NCBI RefSeq assembly: GCF_003918875.1
Contig: NW_025766092.1
Coordinates: forward strand, 806,001 to 870,000
DNA from: Haliotis rubra
Lineage: Eukaryota
Direction: 5' to 3'
Length of the DNA: 64,000 bases
Shown piece by piece: positions 54,486-64,000 of this stretch (the first letter of the stretch is position 1; each line of letters opens with the position of its first letter). The notes under the pieces are model-generated. The model was given only the letters and a program-made list of their open reading frames with translations, was not told the DNA's origin and searched no databases. The translations under genes and the position numbers were made by a program.

Positions 54486-54562
54486 GTCAATGAAACTTGA
54501 GTTGATGTAGTCATTTTTAATATGAGGCGGTAAATCCCACAGTATCACTCGGCTGTGGTCGT
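54486..54562 (-). CDS. RPTP gene, first exon found (D1): xDHSRVILWDLPPHIKNDYINSSFID
   Basis: Manual translation gives PTP motifs DHSRV and DYIN(A/S)SFID; ccag acceptor, gtgag donor; 77 nt, starts in phase 1. Confidence 0.93.
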
Positions 54563-54787
54563 CTGGCAACAAAAGAAAGATAACACTACATTATACTCCA
54601 GGATGCAAAATGCAACACTTTTATGTCTGCCAGTGAGAGTAGGAATATCACTTTTTGGGAGTAATCATTTTTAGGAAGGGTTGTAATTTTTTTCAATGCC
54701 AGAATATCCATTTTATAATACGAAATAAACAGACACTTTATTTAGTAAAAATTATTCTTGCACATTTTTTAAATATCTACTTATCTT

Positions 54788-54899
54788 CAGGGCCTAGATT
54801 TTCAAAGCTCTCTTAGTGCTAAGATAGTCATAAGTTAATGTTAATGTATGCACTTACGACTATCTTAGCGCTAATAGAGCTTCGTAAATCTAGGCCCTG
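54788..54899. mobile_element. Short palindromic MITE
   Basis: cagggcctagattt ... aaatctaggccctg; internally palindromic; related copy at ~61035-61147. Confidence 0.85.
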
Positions 54900-56084
54900 G
54901 CCTGTATTTTTTGTTTTCAAAACTTTCCCTCACAGACAGTTACAGAAACATGCGCTGAGGCAGGAGTGTTATGTAACATACATTTTATTGATTAGCTACT
55001 TTGCTGTTAATCAAAGATATGATTGCTAATTCAGAAATTGTCACAAAAAGATGTTTCAGTAGCGGCTTACAGTGTTAATTAGTTTTGCATAAACATCTTG
55101 CTTTAGGAAAATAGTATTTTAGATTGAGATAGTCACATGAAGTAAGAAGAAAATGGCAGCATTTTCTAAATAAATGATGAGTGACAATGGCGTGAGCTGT
55201 CGTATTTATGGAACACTACATCCCCCGAAGCTGCTAAAACTAAAGGGAAGAGGTTCACATAACAGGAGATCAAATATAAAAAATAAAAGTATTTGAATGT
55301 CCTTTTGCATTTGGATTTACATCAAGTTATTAGTTGGAATATACAGCAATGAAACACCTTCTCAACTTCAGGGTAAGCATAAGTGTAAAACTGGAAGAAA
55401 AATAACAACGGTTTTGAGAATAAACAATAATTGTATATAAATTACTAGGTTTCTTGTTTTGTGTGCAAATCATCAACTTCAGATAAGCTGATCCACAGTC
55501 CAAGACACAATTGCAGAGGGACTTGGGGTTGAATACAGTCTTCATTTTACATTTAGTTACTACCTGCTGTACGAATATTCAAACAGTAATTCCTGCATGT
55601 GAACACCTAGTTTGATAGGCAGTGAGAAGTGCTGTACAATGAAATATGAAGCAAATGGATGACAATTGTTAGCTGTGAATAAGCTCGAAAGCTCATCAAA
55701 AAGACACACAAAAACTTGCATCCCACACTCAGTCTCTCTGTATTGTGATACAGTAAAATCAATAATACCGGTAATATTAGGACAACAGTTCAAATTTACA
55801 AGATCATTAGATTAGTTGAAGGAAATATGTATCATATTTCATTCATCAACAATATTATTTTCCATGCATGATTGTTGATAACATTTCATCACAACAACAG
55901 GACATTTTCTGACTGATTAGTCTGTATGAATAAAAGATGGAAGATAATCATTTGTGCGCTTCTTGGGGAATTCCCGTGTCAGTAACTCAATCTAAGGACT
56001 CTCTTTACAGCAGGTCTCACCTCAGTGTCATGTGTGGCTACAACACTATTGGGTCTGCTGCCCTGATTCACTGTCAATACAAAC

Positions 56085-57425
56085 CATGAGATATTGTCCA
56101 CACACTCCCTGACAGATTGTCCACAAACTTCCTGACAGATTGTCCATACACTCCCTGATGGATTGTCCATACACTCCCTGACAGATTGTCCATATACTCC
56201 CTGGCATATTGTCCACACACTCCCTGACATATTGTCCACACACTCTGAAATTATATAATTGTCAACACACGCTTACATATTGTTCATACACTCCCTGACA
56301 TATTGTCCACACATTCCCTGACATATTGTCCACACACTCTGAAATTATATAATTGTCAACACACACTGATATATTGTTCATACACTCCCTGACATATTGT
56401 CCATACACTCTGACATATTGTCCACACACTCCCTGACATATTGTCCATACACTCTGACATATTGTCCACACACTCCCTGACATATTGTCCACAAACTCCC
56501 TGACATATTGTATATACACTCCCTGACAGATTGTTCACACACAATCTGAAAATATATAATTGTCCATGCACACCCTGACATATTGTCCACAATCTCCCTG
56601 ACAGATTGTCCACACACACTCTGAAATTATATAATTGTCAACACTCTCTGACATATTGTCCATACACTCTCTGACATATTGTCCACACACTCCCTGACAG
56701 ATTGTCCACACACACTCTGAAATTATATAATTGTCAACACTCTCTGACATATTGTCGACCCTCCGTGACATCTTGTCCATACACTCTCTGACATATTGTC
56801 CTTACACACCCTGAAATATTGTCCACATGCTCCTTGACATATTGTCCATACACTCTCTGACATATTGTCCATGCACACCCTGACATATTGTCCATATGCT
56901 CCCTGACATTTTGTCCATACGCTCCCTGACATTTTGTCCATGAGCTCCCTGACATATTGTCCATACACTCCCTGACATTTTGTCCATACGCTCCCTGACA
57001 TTTTGTCCATACACTCCCTGACATTTTGTCCATACACTCCCTGACATATTGTCCATGCGCTCCCTGACATATTGTCCATACTCCCTGACATTTTGTCCAT
57101 ACGCTCCCTGACATTTTGTCCATACACTCCCTGACATTTTGTCCATACACTCCCTGACATATTGTCCATACGCTCCCTGACATATTGTCCATACGCTCCC
57201 TGACATTTTGTCCATACGCTCCCTGACATTTTGTCCATACACTCCCTGACATATTGTCCAGACACTTTCTGACATATTGTCCATGCACACCCTGACATAT
57301 TGTCCATACACTCCCTGACATTTTGTCCATACGCTCACTGACATTTGTCCATAAGCTCCCTGACAATATCATCCTTACACATTGTGACATATTGTCCAAA
57401 TACTCCCTGACATGTTGTCCATATA
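56085..57425. repeat. 23-bp minisatellite (ctccctgacatattgtccataca)n
   Basis: Visible array. Confidence 0.97.
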
Positions 57426-57612
57426 CAACCTGTCATATTGTTGCTGCACACCCAATTGTGGAGACCGATGATCATTCTGTTGATCTCTGGATTGTCTGAT
57501 CCAGACCCAATTATTTACAGACTGCCGCCATAACAGCCTGACATAAAGCTTGTATAGGACTACGTCCTGTCCAAGTACACGTACACAGTAACAGTATTGC
57601 TGAGTGTTATGT

Positions 57613-58590
57613 TCAACAACAAACAAACAAGCCTGAAGGTTGTACTTTACCAGAGTGTTTAATATTTATATTCTAAGTGCAGTCTGTTCAGTATCAACAA
57701 CAAACAAACAAAGCTGAAGGTTGTACTTTACCAGAGTGTTTAATATTTATATTCTAAGTGCAGTCTGTTCAGTATCAACAACAAACAAACAAAGCTGAAG
57801 GTTGTACTTTACCAGAGTGTTTAATATTTATATTCTAAGTGCAGTCTGTTCAGTATCAACAACAAACAAACAAAGCTGAAGGTTGTACTTTTACCAGAGT
57901 GTTTAATATTTATATTCTAAGTGCAGTCTGTTCAGTATCAACAACAAACAAACAAAGCTGAAGGTTGTACTTTACCAGAGTGTTTAATATTTATATTCTA
58001 AGTGCAGTCTGTTCAGTATCAACAACAAACAAACAAAGCTGAAGGTTGTACTTTACCAGAGTGTTTAATATTTATATTCTAAGTGCAGTCTGTTCAGTAT
58101 CAACAACAAACAAACAAAGCTGAAGGTTGTACTTTACCAGAGTGTTTAATATTTATATTCTAAGTGCAGTCTGTTCAGTATCAACAACAAACAAACAAAG
58201 CTGAAGGTTGTACTTTACCAGAGTGTTTAATATTTATATTCTAAGTGCAGTCTGTTCAGTATCAACAACAAACAAACAAAGCTGAAGGTTGTACTTTACC
58301 AGAGTGTTTAATATTTATATTCTAAGTGCAGTCTGTTCAGTATCAACAACAAACAAACAAAGCTGAAGGTTGTACTTTTACCAGAGTGTTTAATATTTAT
58401 ATTCTAAGTGCAGTCTGTTCAGTATCAACAACAAACAAACAAAGCTGAAGGTTGTACTTTACCAGAGTGTTTAATATTTATATTCTAAGTGCAGTCTGTT
58501 CAGTATCAACAACAAACAAACTAAGCTGAAGGTTGTACTTTACCAGAGTGTTTAATATTTATATTCTAAGTGCAATCTGTTCAGTATCAA
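57613..58590. repeat. 81-bp tandem repeat, ~12 units, starting in the tail of a decayed family-B SINE (57430-57630)
   Basis: Near-identical units that include caacaacaaacaaacaa. Confidence 0.97.
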
Positions 58591-61500
58591 CCCATCTCTT
58601 TCACTATCACTTTCTTCAGTCAGTTTACTTATGAGGTTCCACTAAATCACTAGAGTCAATAGAGCTGCACTGATGCTAATATGAAAAGTGTTACAAATGG
58701 ACTCCAAGTCAAATAATACCACAGGTGTCTGGAATATACAATCTTATTACAAGAAGTATCAATAGCACTGGTGTCCGAAATGCACAATCTTATTACAAGA
58801 TATATTAATATGACAGGTGTCTGAAATGCACAACCTTTTTTTCTTGATCTGTTAATACCACAGGTGTCAGAAATGCATTGTTGACAATATATTCACTAAA
58901 ATGACAAAACTCAAAGGAGTACGGAGAGTCTTATCATAAGCATATGTTACAAAATCTTTAGTCACAGAATTCTGTAATTTAAAAGGCTGATTCCATATTT
59001 CCTCAATGCAAACTGAAGTCTTGTTAAATAAAATGCAACTCAGACGTACTCCTACAGATCTGTTGGTGAATATATTATAGCTGAAATTTTCTTAAGGCAG
59101 TGATTAGCAGAAATAGTATCTGAAACTATTTTTGCACCAGAAATAATATATTTCAATATATGTTTCTGGAATTAATATAAGTATAAGCCTTGAACGTTTT
59201 TTCACCCACACAACAATTTAATGAACCAGTCTGTTTCAGGATGTCTGCCATTTTGATTATGAAAATAATATGTTGACACACAACTGGCAAACTACATCAA
59301 ACATGACCTTTTGTGAGTTACAGTATGTCACATAATGTTTTATATGTATCTATTCCCCTACCTACAAGTATGTTTAAAGCTAATCTCTTCTTGGTAACTT
59401 TAAATTTCAGTAAGTTGGTACGATCTGCTAAATTAATTTGACCAATATTGAAATGAAATTTTGAATGAAATTAATAAAACATAATGAAAATGAAATGAAA
59501 TGAAATCACAAACATAAGGTCAGATTACTGTGGATGCTTTTTATAACCAGATAGTGTATCTGTTTCTTCCTGTTTGTTTATGAATATTCCACCTACAAGA
59601 TGGCGGTCTATAAAATATCCTGTCTGGACCAGACATTCACCAGGCAGTATCGTAACAGGAGTACCTTGCTAATTTCAGTACAGATTCATTGACATTCTGG
59701 TGCTATGTGCTTGCGGTAATGTCATTAAGCTACGGGAAACAGTTAAATTTTATCACCTACATGTATTATGCAAAAACACCTCGACACAAGGTGTATACAA
59801 AACAAAACTCAAAACTCCCCAACTTCCATCTGCAATGATCATACGACGAAGAGAAATAAATCAATTATCTTACATGTGTAATATGATCCCCTGAGCAAAT
59901 AATAACTCGTCATCCATTAACCAAACTATCTTGAAACAGTTATTGATGGCTTAATCTTTTAAATAATACATTCGTGAAACCAAAGTGTGTGCGTTAGTTC
60001 TACAGAAGGATTACCAATACAAACTTAAAAATTCATTATAATTCACAGAAAAGGAGTCTTATTCTTCAACCAACAGCAAGTGTCCATGGATCAAGTATTA
60101 GTTAATAAAACGTAATAATTCCACTGGATCAACTACAATATTTAAAGAATACAGGGTATTTTGGCAGTAATCCAAGAATAAGCCCAATTGACCAAATTTT
60201 GGAAGCAATATTTTTATTAAAATATCTCCTTGTTTATATTCTTAACTTTTCCTAACATTTTCCATATCTAAAAAGAGAGAGTTGATGTGACTAAATGCTG
60301 TTTAAATGACAATTATCAAAAGATCAGCAATACTGAAGCAATACAATATTTGGCCACTTATATAACACTGAACTCCATGCTGCAGGGACCTGCTCTAAGC
60401 GCATACAACATGGTGGACATTATTACCCTGGAAAATCCAATATGTAAATGTTTGGTCTAAACTAAACAAACCAGTGATTGATAACATGAGCATGTGCGGC
60501 TGCATTACTAGTCCAGACTAATCCCAGTTTTATAGTACCAGCCCACTGAGACACCATGCTGTTGGGCAAAATGGATTCGGCTCTCAGACCCAGTGTACCG
60601 CCTCTGACTAGTCCTTGTTTTAAGAGTTCATGTAGATCACCAGCCAGATAAACAACTTCTATTTTATCTGTTATGTTATCTGGCCACTGGCTGTCATAAT
60701 TCTTAGTTACTTTGTCATCCAGTGTTTGAAGACAATACAATGTGTCTTAATGATGCCCCTCAAAGCCAATACAGTGTATAATGATAGCAGTATTCATGTC
60801 CATAATTGTTATGAAATTCTTGTGTTCGTAATTTGACATACATTGTACACAGATAGATTAGAGTGTAAATGACGCTCGTGAGACAGACTGCCAAGTCTAG
60901 CTAATAGCATGCCATCAGTAATTTCCTCTACCCAGGAGGTAATAAATTCAAGCAAATTACACCCTCGAGATTTGGACCTATGTGGAACTCAGTGATGGAG
61001 ACCATGTGTATCAAACAATGTCAGATACAACTTACTGGGTGCCATTGTACAAAACAACCTTAGCGCTAATACTATCGTAAGTCTGTATTAAGGTAATTTG
61101 GGGTTACAATCACCTTAGCATTAAGATCTCTTAGTATAATGGCATCCTAATAAACAGCTTCACATTCCAACCTGGACACACTTTGGACATCAACAGAAAC
61201 GGTTCCGCACAGCTATATGATGACGTGAGCTGACGTAGGTGAATGGTTAAGCTTGAGTAAAGCTGATTGGAGTATTGTTTCAGCTAATTAATATCTCTGT
61301 GGCATGAAAGTTGCAGTGGATATGCTGGGGTTAGTACATTTACTCAAGGTGTCCTGTATCACTTGTATACATTCACTGGAACAGTAATCTTTATGTATCA
61401 CAACACATTTGGAAACATGCATATTGGATTTTTTTAAATTATGAATATTTTCACCTTTCACTGATTCCTGTGATTGAGAAAATTAAGCTATTAAAGACCA

Positions 61501-62104
61501 GCTTACAGTATATAATGTGTCACTCATGCCTTGTGTTGAGACCATATGGAAGATAAAGACGACAAACCTTTATGGATGATCAACTTCTTTATTTTCACAA
61601 TAGCTATTGTGAAAATAAAGTTGAACTTCCATAAAGGCTTGTAATCTCTATACCACCAACTTCTAGAATGCCACTCAAACAAATCATAAGGAAAATGTGA
61701 GGTCCGATCTATTTCCAACAAAGTCATTTGGGTTATATTTATTCAGTTTATCCAATTTAGAAGTTAAATAACACATGCCATGGCGCAAGGTATGTATAAC
61801 AAACGAATTTTTTTTTGCAATAAATAGCAAAAAGTCAGGCCAATACCTGTCTCTACTCTTGACGTTTCTTTAGACAAAATGACATGGATTCATTATTCAC
61901 AGGTACCAATCATTAAGCCACAATTGACAAACTAAGTTCTTAAATATAAACATAGTCAGACTCTCCTGTCATTTTCATTTATCAATCCCATTATCTAAAA
62001 CAAAACACTAAAATATGTCAGTGTCTCTTTGAAGGTCAGTAATGTGTTCAGAAACGAACATTATTTTTTGCAGAATGGTGTTTGTACCAAATATTTGGTT
62101 GCTC

Positions 62105-62318
62105 GTTTGTTGTTGAACGTGAACTGAATTCCAGCTATATGACAGCACTGTACAAATAACCAAGTCTGGTCCAGACGATCCAGTGACTGACATCATGAGC
62201 AGTGGTCTATGCAGTTGGGATACGGAGACATGCATCAAGCAAGGGACAGATAGCCTGACCACCCGATCTGATATGTCAGAGGTTGCTGAAGGCCAGTTCT
62301 GTCACGGATCTTCACATG
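62105..62318 (-). mobile_element. Diverged family-B SINE
   Basis: ttccagctatat..gtctggtccagac..cctgaccacccgatc..ggatcttcac. Confidence 0.75.
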
Positions 62319-63155
62319 TCTATACCCAATGTCCCAAGGTTGATATACAGGAAATTCGAAAGGTCGAACATCATTCTCTATATATTGGTTAAAGTTTTGG
62401 ATACCAGATATAATTAACATAAAAACAAAATAGTCTTTCTGTATACATTTCATTCAAGAGAAATGGATTCCGAAACAACACCTTTTATCCAAAGCTGAAA
62501 CTTTTCATGACGTGTCAACCCATTTCCCTGAGGATGAAAACAGAATTACCGGCCCGAGAGGGCAGCTGCAGACACCACACTGTACAGATAGTGATGGATT
62601 AAAACCATCGCTTAATGTCTTTCTATTACCCCATTATCACCTTGATACATGCTGTTTGTTTCCCGTCAACCCAATCAGTTGGTTGCGGAAACATTTACCG
62701 CATTACAGTCAGACAAAACCTGTTTCCGTGGTGTGTATCCAAGTAGTATATCCATATCACAGATAAGCAATGTAATTATATGGAAGGTAGCCTGAAAATT
62801 CAGGGTCCAGTGTTTCAGTGCCTTTTTATATATTTAAAGTTGATTAGAACAGTATTTCAGTTATTTCAAGTTGTGCCAGTATGAGGGGTGAGGAATGCCC
62901 AAAGTAACATATTTAACACATTTTTGTAAATATTTTGAAACCTACAAGCCTTTTTATGCTGCTGATAAACCAGGAATCAAAATTAGGAGGGACCTGGATT
63001 CAAACTCACAAGCAAAGGATCCAGGATGATAAAGGGAAGCAACTCTGTACATGAACATCGACTTAGAAGTTATCAGAACCCAAGATAATGCTGAGAAGGC
63101 CAATGAAGTGAGCAGTTTGTAAAATAACATCCTTTTTTGTTATAAATGTCACAAG

Positions 63156-63310
63156 AGTGAGTGAGTTTAGTTTTTAGCAATATTCCAGCAATATCATGGC
63201 GGGGGACACCAGAAATGAGCTTTACACATTGTACCCGTGTGGAGAATTAAAACCTGGTCTTCGGCGTGACGAGTGAACGCTTTATCCACTTAGCTACCAC
63301 ATTACTCCAC
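63156..63310 (-). mobile_element. tRNA-derived SINE, family A
   Basis: 13-bp TSD aaatgtcacaaga. Confidence 0.9.
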
Positions 63311-64000
63311 AAATGTCACAAGAATCATTTGACATTCATAGACACAGTTGGTGAGGAAGGGTATTATTATTGGACAAGTTTGTATAGTGCCCTTAAAAAA
63401 AGTAAACTCATTCAATTTAATTTGAACAAATAATTATCAAGGATATATCATTTTACAAATGGTTGTTCAGCATGAGCAGCCATGTTGTTTTTCTTGCCAA
63501 GGCTTGAAATGAAATACTACAGGAAATTTGGGTTGGGGAAGTGCACAATTCCGAACACAGTATACAGTATCTAAAGGTTACTTATAACACTCGTTCATGC
63601 ATGCAGCATCACTATATCAAGTATCTGTATACACTACGTTACTCCATCATCCATTTCATATGGTGTAGTTGCAATCACAGGGGCGTGTCATGCTTAGAAA
63701 CAGCGTTAGAAAGACATATAGGTATATAGACCCTACCCTATGAACCCCCTGACGATCACATGAAGGTCACAAAAAGTGCTAAAAACAACTACCTGTATGT
63801 AAATATTGAACTGTTCTTCAGTGTTGTGAATTTGATTTTTTTCTTCTAAGAATGAAATTTGTTTAACAGGATTCGTCAATAGAATTTACAATATACATTT
63901 ACATTGATTGGCAAGATAAACATTATATCAATTTACTTAGAGAAAGTGTTCCTGTTGATTTAAGGAAGACAGTCCTGAAACCAGTCCAAATGCAGATATT

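Noticed and set aside
55564-55592. Candidate 29-nt upstream exon (cag..gtaagt; NYCLNIRTA)
   Set aside because: Good splice signals and compatible phase, but no KNRY-like motif; cannot be supported without RNA data
55979-57399. Repetitive ORFs here and at 31218-31703 and 52032-52250
   Set aside because: Translations of minisatellites
59540-59670. GRNRY-like and TILP|gtgaat minus-strand motifs as the missing KNRY exon
   Set aside because: The first is followed by a stop after four codons; the second abuts a SINE fragment; they do not form one exon

Overview
AT-rich, repeat-dense animal genomic DNA. The SINE families and minisatellites suggest a mollusc, possibly an abalone-type gastropod (inference). 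One protein-coding gene spans most of the window: 14 minus-strand exons (54562->6120, about 693 codons, all GT-AG) encoding the tandem D1-D2 cytoplasmic domains of a receptor-type protein tyrosine phosphatase plus a ~170-aa Ser/acidic tail. The KNRY exon and everything further 5' were not found and probably lie beyond 64000. Both PTP domains are atypical. D1 keeps CX5R (HCRCGGGRT) but has FHD for WPD and Arg for the Q-loop Gln; D2 lacks the catalytic Cys. The tail has a PxIxIT calcineurin-docking match (PQIVIT) and three S/T-P-x-K/R sites. As assembled, a 16-nt tandem duplication frameshifts the D1 P-loop exon, and two intronic tandem arrays are built from copied exon edges with their splice sites. 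Introns and flank hold about 12 minisatellite arrays, three SINE families (one with a pseudoknot-forming, non-tRNA 5' head), L2-like and RTEX-like LINE fragments, a Tc1 remnant, MITEs, a Penelope-like hammerhead palindrome and a 370-N gap.
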